Translations under genes and position numbers: made by a program
The notes under the pieces: generated by a model
Seen by the model: the letters and a program-made list of their open reading frames with translations, nothing else
Database searches by the model: none
What the model was told of the DNA's origin: nothing
Assembly (NCBI RefSeq): GCF_006345805.1
Contig: NC_043004.1
Coordinates: 44,330,001 to 44,394,000 of the forward strand
Length of the DNA stretch: 64,000 bases
Direction of reading: 5' to 3'
Source: Octopus sinensis
Taxonomy: Eukaryota
Part shown: one piece after another, positions 50,704-64,000 of the stretch
Position numbering within the stretch: position 1 is the first letter of the stretch
Layout of the letters: every line of letters starts with the position of its first letter

Positions 50704-51605
50704 CATTTCTTATTTTACTCCTCAGAGGTCTCGGCCGTACTTGCACTGGTTGATTATATGTGAGCAACCCGTTGTTAGCGGTCTCACAGTGTCTCTCCGC
50801 AAATTATAATTTTGGTACTTGGATGTTAACTTATTGTGAAAGACACTCCACACCCAAGCACTAATCTGAAAATACTAGCTGTCCCCTATGAAGCAGAAGT
50901 TTGGGCCTAATCTGAATGCTACAACAACTGGAAAATTCCGCCGAGTTCGACTTCGCATTTTATCTTTTCGATAACAATAATATAGAATAATTCTCAAAAA
51001 CTGAGGTCAATGTAATTGACTGGCACCCCGCTCCACATTTTCAAGCCTTCAACCTATAATAGATAGGTTTTCAACGGGCAAAATTCTTAGCGGCACTTTG
51101 ACCATCTACACGCTCAAATTCCACTGAGGTTGACTTTGTCTTTCACCCTCTCCCAATTGATAAAATAAGAACCAGCTGAACACTGTTGTCGACGTAATCG
51201 ACTTAATGCCCCACCCCCACCGTATATGCTAGACTCGTGCCAAAATTTGAAATCATTATCAACATTATTACTATCATTATTATTAACGAATGAGAAATGA
51301 GTGCGTGCAATAAAAGTGTTACTGGGGTACGAATATACGGAGCCCAATATACTCATAATGACTACCCGTCTGATATGGTCGAATCAGGTTCATACATCAC
51401 AACCATATAATAGTAATCTCACGTGAAGATGCACAGCGGATGACAATTATTATTATTATTGCTAATATTGTTACTGTTGCTCTTCTTCTTCTTCTTCTTC
51501 TTCTACTTCTTCTTCTACTTCTTCTTCTTCACCTTCATCTTCTTCTTCTTCTTCTTCTTCTTCTTCCTGTTCTTCATCATCATCATCATCATCATGTTAT
51601 TATTA

Positions 51606-51641
<36 letters not shown>

Positions 51642-52546
51642 CATTTCTTATTTTACTCCTCAGAGGTCTCGGCCGTACTTGCACTGGTTGATTATATGTG
51701 AGCAACCCGTTGTTAGCGGTCTCACAGTGTCTCTCCGCAAATTATAATTTTGGTACTTGGATGTTAACTTATTGTGAAAGACACTCCACACCCAAGCACT
51801 AATCTGAAAATACTAGCTGTCCCCTATGAAGCAGAAGTTTGGGCCTAATCTGAATGCTACAACAACTGGAAAATTCCGCCGAGTTCGACTTCGCATTTTA
51901 TCTTTTCGATAACAATAATATAGAATAATTCTCAAAAACTGAGGTCAATGTAATTGACTGGCACCCCGCTCCACATTTTCAAGCCTTCAACCTATAATAG
52001 ATAGGTTTTCAACGGGCAAAATTCTTAGCGGCACTTTGACCATCTACACGCTCAAATTCCACTGAGGTTGACTTTGTCTTTCACCCTCTCCCAATTGATA
52101 AAATAAGAACCAGCTGAACACTGTTGTCGACGTAATCGACTTAATGCCCCACCCCCACCGTATATGCTAGACTCGTGCCAAAATTTGAAATCATTATCAA
52201 CATTATTACTATCATTATTATTAACGAATGAGAAATGAGTGCGTGCAATAAAAGTGTTACTGGGGTACGAATATACGGAGCCCAATATACTCATAATGAC
52301 TACCCGTCTGATATGGTCGAATCAGGTTCATACATCACAACCATATAATAGTAATCTCACGTGAAGATGCACAGCGGATGACAATTATTATTATTATTGC
52401 TAATATTGTTACTGTTGCTCTTCTTCTTCTTCTTCTTCTTCTACTTCTTCTTCTACTTCTTCTTCTTCTTCTTCTTCACCTTCATCTTCTTCTTCTTCTC
52501 TTCTTCTTCTTCTTCTTCCTGTTCTTCATCATCATCATCATCATCA

Positions 52547-52609
<63 letters not shown>

Positions 52610-52620
52610 GTTATCCTAAA
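50635..52620 (+). repeat. Near-identical tandem duplication, period 938 bp, bounded by (TAT)n/(CTT)n tracts
   Basis: cagaggtctc at 50723 and 51661. Identical track ORFs at 51114-51356 and 52052-52294. Confidence 0.92.
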
Positions 52621-52694
52621 TGATATCATCATAATTATGATCATAGACATAGTTGTCGTCCTCCCCCCTCCTCCTCATCATCATCATCACCATA

Positions 52695-52736
<42 letters not shown>

Positions 52737-52740
52737 GACC

Positions 52741-52771
<31 letters not shown>

Positions 52772-52917
52772 TCACCATCATCGTCATCATCATCATCATC
52801 ATCACCACCATCATCATCATCATCCTCATCCTCATCCTCATCCTCATCCTCCTCCTCCTCCTCCTCCTCCTCATCACCACCACCATCCTCCTCCTCCTCC
52901 TCATCATCATCACCATA

Positions 52918-52959
<42 letters not shown>

Positions 52960-53250
52960 GACCATCATCGTCATCATCATCATCATCATCATCATCATCA
53001 CCACCATCATCAACATCATCATCATCCTCATCCTCATCATCATCATCATCATCACCACCATCATCATCATCATCCTCATCCTCATCCTCATCATCATCAT
53101 CATCACCACCATCATCATCATCATCATCATCCTCATCCTCATCATCATCATCATCATCGACCATCATCATCATCATCATCCTCATCCTCATCCTCATCGT
53201 CATCATCATCATCATCATCATCGCCTTCATTGTCATCATCACTATGAAAT
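52620..53250. repeat. Long (CAT)n/(CCT)n tract
   Basis: Direct inspection. It is the source of the poly-H/S/I/M/D ORFs. Confidence 0.95.
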
Positions 53251-53524
53251 ACATCATTTTCACAATGTGTATCGTGATATGTCAACTGATTTATATACGG
53301 CAACTTATTAACTAAGATATCGCATGTGAAAACGTGATCAATATGGCGGATAAGATCACCGTAACAAGATTTTCAATTGGTTATATTGATTCCCAGTTTT
53401 CTCTGGATATAGTGTATAGTGGAGGATATAATAGCATGCGTAGGCTTCTGGTGTGTGTAGAAAGTAGAAACGTGTGGGTATATGAAGAAGGAGTCAAATG
53501 AATATGCATTTATGTATATATATA

Positions 53525-53567
<43 letters not shown>

Positions 53568-53891
53568 TGTATATATATGCATATATATCCATAAATATAT
53601 ATGTATATATAGATATATAGATATATAGATAGATATACATGTGTTGCATTTGTGTATGTAAACATGTATACACGCACGCACGCACACACACATACATATA
53701 TATAGAGATAATGAAACAAGCATGTATCGATGCTGAGTAGGATAGCTGTACACATACATGCACACACAAGCACACACACACACAAACATATATTTAATAT
53801 AAACATATATGCACATGTATACATATGCATTTACATTGTACACATAAACATATGTGCATATATGTATATATTTATGTGCATATATATAAAG

Positions 53892-53941
<50 letters not shown>

Positions 53942-54281
53942 TATACACACATACATATATGTAAATATGGGAGGCGTATGTATATATACTTATATATATA
54001 TATTTGTGTACACGCATAGACATAGGCCAAATTAAGTGTATACTCTATAAGTGCTCATGTAGTATGCAAAAATTGATATAAAATGTTACATATATATAAT
54101 ATATATGCATGTACATATATGTGTGTGTGTGTGTGTGTGCATATTTGCATGTGTTTATTTGCATATGTCCTCGTATGGCTATCCCAATCTGTATATGTGA
54201 ATATTATTATAAATTTTATGTATGTGTCTATGTAAGTATACATGCATATACAAGTATGCATCAATGCATGTACACATATAC

Positions 54282-54333
<52 letters not shown>

Positions 54334-54756
54334 TATAATATATATATATATATATATAATATATACATATATATAAAATTATATAATTAAGTATGTATTT
54401 ATGTTTATATGTATGTATGCATGTGTATACATATGTATATATAAACGTGCTTAAGTACATTCAATATAATTCGCAATATTATATATATGCGGCAATAACC
54501 ATATGTTATATACCTTTGTACAGATATATGTATGTGTGTATATATATATAAACACGTACTTATGTATGCATACATGTATGTGTGAATGTATATATGCACG
54601 CATATATATATGTTTATGTATGTGTGTGTCTATGTGTGCTTGCGCGTATATGTATGTATGGTGGGTATCTCATTTCCATGTTTTCGGCGGCATACATTTT
54701 TGTGCATGAATATGTTTACTGGTTACATAAAGTAGCATCTATATGTTATTCTATGC

Positions 54757-54789
<33 letters not shown>

Positions 54790-54868
54790 GAATTGTTGTT
54801 ATATAATTGATTTCGAATACTCTGTAAATGATTTCGTCGTTAGGCGTGTACCTCGTCAACGTCCCTAG

Positions 54869-54935
<67 letters not shown>

Positions 54936-54965
54936 ATACATACATATTCATTAGTATATATGTAT

Positions 54966-55032
<67 letters not shown>

Positions 55033-55180
55033 ACACATACACATTCACACACACACATATATATATATATATGCCTTTTTGTTTATTTGGATACGTATCT
55101 GTCTGCCTATGATCTGGTATGCATATCTACATTCAGAGATGCCTGTAAGACACACCTTAACACACGTACATATATACATA

Positions 55181-55231
<51 letters not shown>

Positions 55232-57392
55232 TATATATAGATATATATATATATTGCGCAAACACACACATATATATAATATATATTACCTACACACACA
55301 AGAACACAAGAACACACACACACGTATATATGCATATGCATGCATATATGCATGTATATATTTAAAGATACATATATATTTATTCAAGTGAGAGTAGCTG
55401 TATATATGTTTGTGTACGGTTTTTCGTCTATGTAACCATAAACACAGAATGTAATAATTGTAGTATTATATTTATGTAAAAGTGAGCCTTATATATTGAC
55501 ATATGCGTGATAGTAAACGCATGCGTGCAGACGATTTTCTTCGTGTAAATCTTCGTTTTAATATTCATACACAACTAGAATATCTTCTTGCATGAAAACT
55601 TCGTTTCTCTTTCTAAAGAGATTATTACTATACGCATACATATTCTCTTCCACACGCTCCTAAAAGTAATTTTATGTATACACATATCTGAAACAGCAGG
55701 TGCAAATCAATACAAACCCACGTATTCTTAATTTTATTTGTAATACCGCCAATCCTCTAGAATTGTTCGATATCCCTTGTACCATGATTTTAACGTTAGA
55801 TGGTTTGTTGCACATCAGCAATCACAAACATTCTGAATTAAAACCAAAACTTGCGTTAGAAAGAAATAAAAAAAATTAGCACAAAAATATTTGGGATTAA
55901 ATTCTGTATCAGTATTTTTTTTATTTTGCTAAATTCGGCAGAACTCCAATTCGGTACTCAATCTGAGATGTTTATGTATCTTCCTTAGCACGACGGGGCA
56001 TTGCCATGCAAGTCAGACACGATTGAAATATCATTTGCCCAAGCCCTATGCACAGATGGTTAAAATGGTTAAGAAGCTTGCTTAGCAATCATGTGGTTTC
56101 GGGTTTAGTCTCACCGCCCTTTGGGCAATAAACTCAGTCTGACTAATGCCTAATAAATGAATTTGTGAAAGAGTACAGAAAACCATAATATATGTGGTGA
56201 ATGCGTGTGAGCGTGTTCCCTTGCATGCACTGAACCACCTATAACAACCTGTCTGCTGTTTAATCCCTCCAGCAATATCTCTCCCTTCTATATTTGCAAT
56301 TTCTCTTCCTTAAAAATGTTTCACCTTTCTCTTGCTATCTTTGGACTCACGTTTGGGTTTTATTGTTTCCCTTGAATTTTGGTGAAAGCACTTGACCTAG
56401 CGGTAAAGATATTTGGATTCATGATCGCCAGGCTGTTAGTTCAAAACGCGGACGGGTCACATGTAATGTCGTTATTCAAGGAATTTCCTTTGGTGTGCCT
56501 CTCGTCAACTCTGCTGAAAATGTGCCAGCAGCAACTGTAAGTTAAGCCTGCTTGGGGCTGGGTACCGATCAGAATCTTGTATTTTCGGAAGAACACCTTC
56601 TTGTGCTTTATAACTTGCATGCTACTATGCTGAGACCCGCCATGTACTGCCAGTGCTTTACTCTCTGCTACGTATGAAGCTAAGTGATTGTCTTTCAATT
56701 GACAATTATTAAGAGTTTCTCCTTCGTAACACTACATTTCTATAGCTTATTAGGTCTAACCACTCCAGGACGCTAACTTGCTTTACCTTCTGTAAGGATA
56801 TTTATTCTCTTTTACTATGATATTTCTTGTAGAAGGGTGTCACATTTATCATTGATTTAGCAGACTCAATAAAAAATGTATTTCTTTTCTATCACTCCTC
56901 TATAAACCTGTTCTTCATTGAATTCCAGTAGTAATCACTCCCTAATGCTTCAGAAAAATTGGAAAGTAATCCATTTGAAAGAAAATCATGTTCTAATGAT
57001 TTTCTTTGTTATATATCTTTTTTTATATATCACTTGTCGATTTTAAACTACGTTATGCTATCGAAATATAGCTTTTCCCAGCTTCAGGCGTCGTATCCTT
57101 TTAGAACCTATCATTTATTATTTTTTTACACTCTTTTTATATATACCATTTCCCGCCAAGGTAAAATCGCTGGAACACTCAATCGTTTTATCAACGTATA
57201 TCTTACCGTTATTATAGTAAATTTGTCGATAATATAGTTACAGGAAGTTTTTCTTCAAATGCCTTGAATCCTTCACAGAGTTTCTTCTTCATTACATAGT
57301 CGTGGGTGTTTCAAACGTGTCCACTTAAGTTCTGATGAGGAACAATAGAAAAATGAAATAAGCATTTCTTTCTTAAAGCAAATTTAACGTCA

Positions 57393-58780
57393 CCTGGTTG
57401 CTAAAATGAAATATATAGTCATAATGCAACTCCATGAAGTTTCAGGAATCAGATTTCTCCACTTTCCGCCACACACAGATAGGTCTAGCACTTGGAAGAG
57501 ATAGATTTATCTGGCAGCTACAACCAACCATCTTGCACCGGATAGTGATAGAATTTTACCGGCTAGTGACCAATATTGCCGAAACGAATTGACTCTAGAA
57601 CTACTGATGCTTGGAATAATCGTACTTTCTTGGCAGGAATGTTATCTTAACCTTTACTGCCAATATTGTTTTCTCCCTGCAGCAGGCTTCAGCATTTATC
57701 AGTGTAGAACCTAACAAAGGAACCGATACCTCCGCGTTGGTAGTAGATGACAAATGCATTGTCAACAGCTTAACGAGAGCATATGAAAAGCAATCCTGTG
57801 ATATTATTTCCTGATACGTATTGTGGTTCGATAAAGTGAGAAGAGCGTATCAGCTTTGTCTACCCTACACATTTTGCGGTGGTAAATTTCAACACTAGTA
57901 AAATGGGGTATTTTCAGTCTCTTGTGATTCTTGCTGATGCAGCGGTTCGCCTCTGATGCAGGATCCTAACCGAATAAGTTTTAAATTGTCAGGACACGAC
58001 GATTGTTATACCATCCACAAATCACAAGGTTCTAACATTTTTAGACAAACTCATAGATGGATCCAGGTCTCTCTTTTCTCATTGCTGATTTTGTAGATAT
58101 AGGGCAACCTCTTGATATATCAGTCTGGAGTATGCCAACAGCAAATATTCCCTGATGTCTAAGATGAATCATAATTTCAGAGTTTGCAAATAGGTTATCA
58201 AAGAAAACCATAAGCTTATCCTTTTCAAGATCCTTTGTGAATTGTATCGCCACATTCTTGCTCTCTCTCCAAACTCATACAAAACGAACATTTGCGGGTA
58301 GCCTTTTTGCATCTTTTCCCCCGATGAATTTAAACTCGTAAATGTGGCCCCATATTCCTGCACGAAATCATATTTTGTAAATTTGCTTCAGTTGTCAAAA
58401 GAACTACAAGTGAAAAAAATATAACATGCTGTAGGATATATTGATGATAAAATATCTAAGAAAACACAGGAATTACTTGCATGCAAAGCTACATCATCAT
58501 TCATGGTGAATATATTCATTGAAATATCCTACACGTACAAACAAAAAATGTAAATATTGCTGTTCTGATTTCTTTATTTTCCTCATGTACCCTTTAAGTA
58601 TAGACAAAACTTCGTAATGATCTATACATACATATCAAAGAAAACACCAAAGAAACATATAATTTAGAAACAATGAACATATATGAATATAATCAAGCGA
58701 AAAATTAAGAAAACTACGTCTTCACTAGCCTATATTTGTAGAAAAACTGCTCAACTGAATGAAAATTGCAGGCATCCAGG
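57393..58780 (-). mobile_element. piggyBac-like transposon remnant (C-terminal transposase, decayed)
   Basis: VFFDNLF..IHLRHQGIFAVG; WYNNRRV; IYHRKMCRVDKADTLFSLYRTTIRIRK*YHRIAFH; SKC*TYLC..FLKLH (Cys-rich domain). Candidate ends cctgg(t/a)tgc, with TTAA at 58781. Confidence 0.8.
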
Positions 58781-59402
58781 TTAAGGTTGCTTTTTTGAAA
58801 GAACACTTCACGAGTGTCCCACAATGCATTTCATTGTAAACATTAAATGTTAATGTCTGCTTAAGGTGTTAGCTAAAGTTATAACCTATACGTGACCTGT
58901 TCAATGTCAACAAGTACTTTAATTTGTTTACATTTATGTGTACGCCAGGCCTTATAGTGTTCAACTGAGAGAGAACGTAAGAAAGATATATATTTTCAAT
59001 ATTTTATTTTATATTTAGAATGACTTTTTGTCCGCCTATTTTTATTTTTACCTATTTCGTTTAGGTATGCAGGTATGGATACATCTATGCGTGGATGGAT
59101 GGATAACTTGATGGGCTCATGGGTTGCGGGTGTAAGGTAAGTATACTTGTAGCAGTCTTTCAGTCTGTCATATTAGCGAGAACACTTATTGCGGAGGATA
59201 AAACAAATAGATCCGAAAGAGCTATCAAATATACGTTTCAACCTGCCACACCACCTGCAGATATGGCATATACACACTTATAAATGAGTATTTGTGTGTA
59301 TGATTTGTACGTTCATATATGTATGTGTGGGTGTCCGTTGTCTGTGTGCATGTGCGTGGGTCCGTAATTTAAACGTTCATGTATGTATGAATGTTTGTAT
59401 TA

Positions 59403-59464
<62 letters not shown>

Positions 59465-60138
59465 CGTATATATATACATATATATATATATGTGTGTGTG
59501 TGTATATATATATGTATGTATGTAAATATATATATATACCGGTATATGTGGTGGTGGTGGTGGTGATGGGTTGTGTGTATAAGAATTTACATGCATGCGT
59601 AAATATATACTTATCATGACGAATGGCAGAACATATTCTGGGAGGTTGTTCTCTTTTTCTAATGATCCTGATATACACGAATAATTAAATATGACAGAGG
59701 AACAAAAATTCATTGACATATATACATTTATTTTAACACCTTACAACTGCACACCACTTCTATACTTACCAATTCTTGAGCTTTACTCGCGTTTGTAAAT
59801 CATGCCAGCTTATATTAGTGTTTCGTTTTCGTATATTTAGACGAATATCTTCATTACCTGCTTTAAGTATCCTTGCGCACGGGAAGTAATAATTATAATG
59901 GTATACAATTCACAAGATTTCATTCCGACATGTATTTTGCAACAACGCCCTTAATTATCATGCGCTTTATATAAGGTTTCAAATAGGAATTACTAGGTGG
60001 CGGCAATGTGAATTTTTACTTAAGTGTTGTTCCGTGCCAACCTCTATTCAATAGTTTCCTTGCCAGGGTTCTTCAATGATGTGCATATACACATAACCGA
60101 TTCATTGCATGCTATCTACCTTTATGAATATCTGTCCA

Positions 60139-60228
<90 letters not shown>

Positions 60229-60239
60229 ATGTCTGTCTG

Positions 60240-60282
<43 letters not shown>

Positions 60283-60312
60283 GTCTGTCTCTCTGTCTGT
60301 CTATCTATTTAT

Positions 60313-60368
<56 letters not shown>

Positions 60369-60426
60369 CCTGTCTGTGTGTCTGTCTATCCATCTATCTA
60401 TCTATATGTATGTCTGTCTCTCTATC

Positions 60427-60457
<31 letters not shown>

Positions 60458-60639
60458 CTATACATCTATCTATCTATCTATCTATCTATCTATATATCTA
60501 TCCCTCTCTCTCTATGTGTGTGTGTTTTATTTTCATGTTATGTGTTACAGCCATGCGACTACGGTCATATTGGAGCACAGTTACCGTGATTTTATGGTGG
60601 AATTTCATATCATCACGCTTGTGCATTTGTTCTTGGATT

Positions 60640-62160
60640 ACAAAGAGTGTGTAAGGGATTTTGACACCGCAACCCTCATCTTTACTTCATGTCGGGATGT
60701 TGGTTCCTCTGGTGTCGCGTATAGGGGAATGTTCAATTTCTTTTAATGACATCCACCCCCATACTTTGTAGATTTCTTAATTCTTTTGGCAGAACATTTA
60801 AGAACTGTGGGTCTTTGAGCGCCATGTTATCACAGTACCTGGTTCGCTGTTCAGATGGAGTGGATGGTCCTTTTGATATTATGCAACAACGTGGATTACA
60901 GGAATTTATATAACTCTTGATGCTGAAGTTAGAGAGAAACCCTCCAGTATTCTCCACTTATAAATTATTTCTCATCTCTTGCATTTTCACTCCAATTAGT
61001 AAAGTCCTTTGTTTTTTCTAGCTTCTCGCAGTAGTTCATTTCCTGCACAGTGGAAATCTGATTTTAGGTGTAACAGCATTCAATCGCCTCAAGCTTCGCT
61101 TGATGACAGTAGCTGTACATGTGAGCTGTAGTGCATTTGTTGGGTGACGGCACAGTGCTTGAACTTTTCTAGCATTAAACTACATGCTGTTTTGTTCAGC
61201 CCACTCGAATATTCTATTTAAATCGCGTTGCAGCTCTCAGGCATCGCCGGTGATCTATATTACCTGTGATTATTGTATACCATCGGCATGAATAGTGACA
61301 GCGGTTGTCTGAGTGGCTTCTAGCATGTCTAAGATAGCTACTATAAACAGTAATGGTGCCAATGACTCCTCTTGGAACGTGGGTTTAGCTAGAGAAGGGA
61401 CAATTGGTTGCAACTGTCTGACTTTACCAGCTGTGCCAAAGTATTGCAGCTTCTGAAACATTACGCCATGATCCACCTGGTCAAAGGCCATTGCAAAATC
61501 AAAATATATCAGATGGACATTTGCAAGGTCGAGCAACATTTAAAACCTGGTCGCAGTGGCGCAAGAGCTGTGTTAGACCGCTTTTTCCCGGACAGAAACT
61601 ATACTGGGTATCGATTAGCAAGGTATTTTTTTCTAGGAACCTGGTCGCAGTGGCGCAAGAGCTGTGTTTAACCGCTTTTTCCCGGACAGAAACTATACTG
61701 AGTATCGATTAGCAAGGTATTTTTTCTAGGAACCTGGTCGCAGTGGCTCAAGAGCTGTATTAGACCGCTTTTTCCCAGACAGAATCTATACTGGGTATCG
61801 ATTAGCAAGGTATTTTTTTCTAGGAACGTTATCAGTTTCCTTCTGACGATTTTTTTCATGATTTTCCTGATGTGTTAAGTCAAAGAGATAGACCTGCGGT
61901 TTCTTGTTTCCGCTCTGCCCCCGTCTTTACGGGTAGGGCATATGAGATGCTCCCCTTGAGCATTTTACGAAGTTTACTCACTTGTAAGATAGCTAGAAAT
62001 GTATTTGAAATGGTTCTGCTGGCATCAACCAAGAAGATACCTGGGAAACCATCAAGACCAGTAGCTAACTTTAATCCCATTTCATCAATAGCCGCTAATA
62101 CATCTGCCTCTTTGGTGTTGGACTCCACGTTGATCTGCAAAGAGCAAACAATATTATTGA
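60640..62160 (-). mobile_element. CR1/Jockey-group LINE reverse transcriptase remnant
   Basis: AAIDE..ATGLDGFP; LIDTQYRF; IYFDFAMAFDQVDHG; LAPLLFI; IHADG; LNRIFEWAEQNSM*FN; QFLNVLPKELRNL. Confidence 0.82.
61544..61827. repeat. Three tandem copies of a ~94-bp unit inside the RT remnant
   Basis: aacctggtcgcagtgg at 61544, 61638 and 61731. Confidence 0.92.
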
Positions 62161-62329
62161 AGCAAATTCAAGGAAGCACTAAAGGATGTATTTCTAAACG
62201 AAAGAAAAGCGAATAATATCACGCGTATCACATATAAAACAACGAATATATGTCAGTCAAAATATAACTAAAACTATTAATATTACGGTCACCATAAGCA
62301 AGGCAATAAACTGAGCAGTTTCATATATT

Positions 62330-63830
62330 TGGATGTAGATGTGTTCAAGTAGGGAGATGAAGAGTGAAGACGATTTTGAACTGTTCGCTGAGCGCCTCAT
62401 TTGGGTCAAGATTCCATAGCAATATAATGGGAGTACCCAGTTCTAGTGTCAAGTTATGCGGTGGCATCTCAGTGGGTTTAAGTATGCTCAGAAATTCAAC
62501 AGCGTATTGAGCAACCTGAACATGATCGACTGTTGTCAATTGATCGAATAGTAATCTCCGATGTATCTGTTAACTTTTGAAAAACTTCATCACTGAGTTT
62601 ATCGTCCATTTCATTAGTTGGAGCTAGTATAGCTGTTTCACATACCCAGTTTAATTGAGAGATAAATTAGGAAATATTTTATCCATAAGATCGCTAAGAG
62701 GAAATATCATTTCTCCGCTTGTAATTTCATGTAGCTGAGGTCTTATGCTGAATGTTAATATCCCATTACCAATCTCAAGAAGCTCGTATGATCACCTTGT
62801 AGAAAGTTTCTGATGTTGCATGTTTTTTCCCGTCTGCAAAGGCACAATTGTTTGAAGCATGCATTGACCTCGCCAGCTTTGGATCCTTTGGGTATAACTG
62901 GCAACATTTTACAAAAATCTCAAGAAGAACTCCTCCCATGAGTGTGCAAGAACTCCTCCCATGAGTGTGTTATTATTTTTTGTGTCTTGGGGGTTACTGT
63001 CAATTACCTCTGGAGCTCCACGATATGACAGTGCACTCATCCCAAACAATTAGGCATGTTTGTTGAAGAACTATTGCCATTGTAGAGTTTTTGGAAATGT
63101 TGCATATTTTAGATTATTTCATTGCAAAGTTTAGAGAGAGCTTGTTCATGAAATGAGCAGTCCTTCCGCCACTGAGTGAGGTAGATGCAATACCAGAAGT
63201 TGCAACACTGGAAGAAGGATAGATTTTATTTCCTCCCATTTAGGATTGCAGGGGAAAGTAACAAAAAGATCTGGTTTTCCATATGTCCTGACATATGTCA
63301 TAGCATCTTGTGTTCGGTCATGCATAAAACGAGGACCACTTGTGAATGATGATAGGGGGATTGTAAGTAGCCCAATTTCCCCATGTTTTGAATATCACAA
63401 TCTGTCCTCAGAGCATCTTAGAGACAAACAATTTTTAGACCTTAGCTTTTTTTATCGTTATGAATGTAGACGAGTCGCTGACTCTCAACTTTAGCAAACA
63501 TATCAACCAGTTATTGCTGAAATAGATCACGATACGTGAATAATTGATTTCATTGTTTTGGTCTTACGTCAAATGGTAAATATAGAAGTCATTTGACGAC
63601 ACCTTTTTGTGTGCAATTGGCTCTCCTACTGCAGGTTCAATCTGTAGAATATTGAAATGATACCCTTCTTGTCCATTTCGTTGGATAAGAGGATACTGGA
63701 GCGCATTATAAGAGGGAAGAGTATCAGGAACACGTTTTAGTTTGTTATCTCGAGCACGAATGAGATTATCACGATGATCATGGGGATCAGCTACCACTAG
63801 GATGACTACTACCTTAGATGTGGGCTTATT
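62330..63830 (-). mobile_element. Helitron RepHel remnant, internally deleted
   Basis: Rep: SYNALQYPL..NGQEGYHF; PLSSFTSGPRFMHDRTQDAMTYVRTYGKPDLFVTFPCNP. Helicase: VATSGIA..LSGGRTAH; LIVWDECT; AILAPTNE; YAVEFL..MPPHNL.LELGTPIILLWNLDP. Confidence 0.88.
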
Positions 63831-64000
63831 AAAACGGTGTATAAGGTCCTTTACTATATCTTTTTAATCAAACGCAATGAACGCAGAAACAGAAACTCAC
63901 AGACACATAGACACTCATACAACTGATAATATTGAAAACAGTAAAACTTAAACACACGACGTTCAAGTGAAAAGAAATGTAGTCAATATAGGTGCAAAAC

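Noticed and set aside
56400-57300. Possible decayed coding sequence (ORF 56441-56698)
   Set aside because: No recognisable motif in any frame I could read.
61544-61827. Regularly spaced repeats that might suggest a CRISPR array
   Set aside because: The whole unit is repeated with no unique spacers, it derives from RT coding sequence, and the context is eukaryotic.

Overview
AT-rich, microsatellite-dense eukaryotic DNA. The SINE families and repeat landscape look like an octopod (Octopus-like) genome; this is pattern recognition, not a database result. I found no convincing host-gene exon, and almost every ORF in the track is a translation of (TA)n/(CA)n/(CAT)n/(TAGA)n repeats. The real content is transposable elements: two Penelope-like (RT + GIY-YIG) elements, one with a ~1 kb head-to-head inverted duplication beside a 100-N gap; a full-length RTE LINE with a 16-bp TSD and an open 854-codon RT frame; decayed R4/Dong, CR1-group, Tc1, piggyBac and Helitron remnants; three SINE families; MITE-like elements; and a 938-bp tandem duplication. 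The most interesting signal is about ten type-I hammerhead-ribozyme motifs from several sequence families, all in short non-coding repeats. Two sit in partial tandem (about 1.25-1.5 unit) elements. At 14.3-15.0 kb the element's 5' end falls 4 nt from the predicted self-cleavage site. This points to a set of retrozyme-like, probably Penelope-mobilised, self-cleaving RNA elements. All structures were folded by eye and none was tested.
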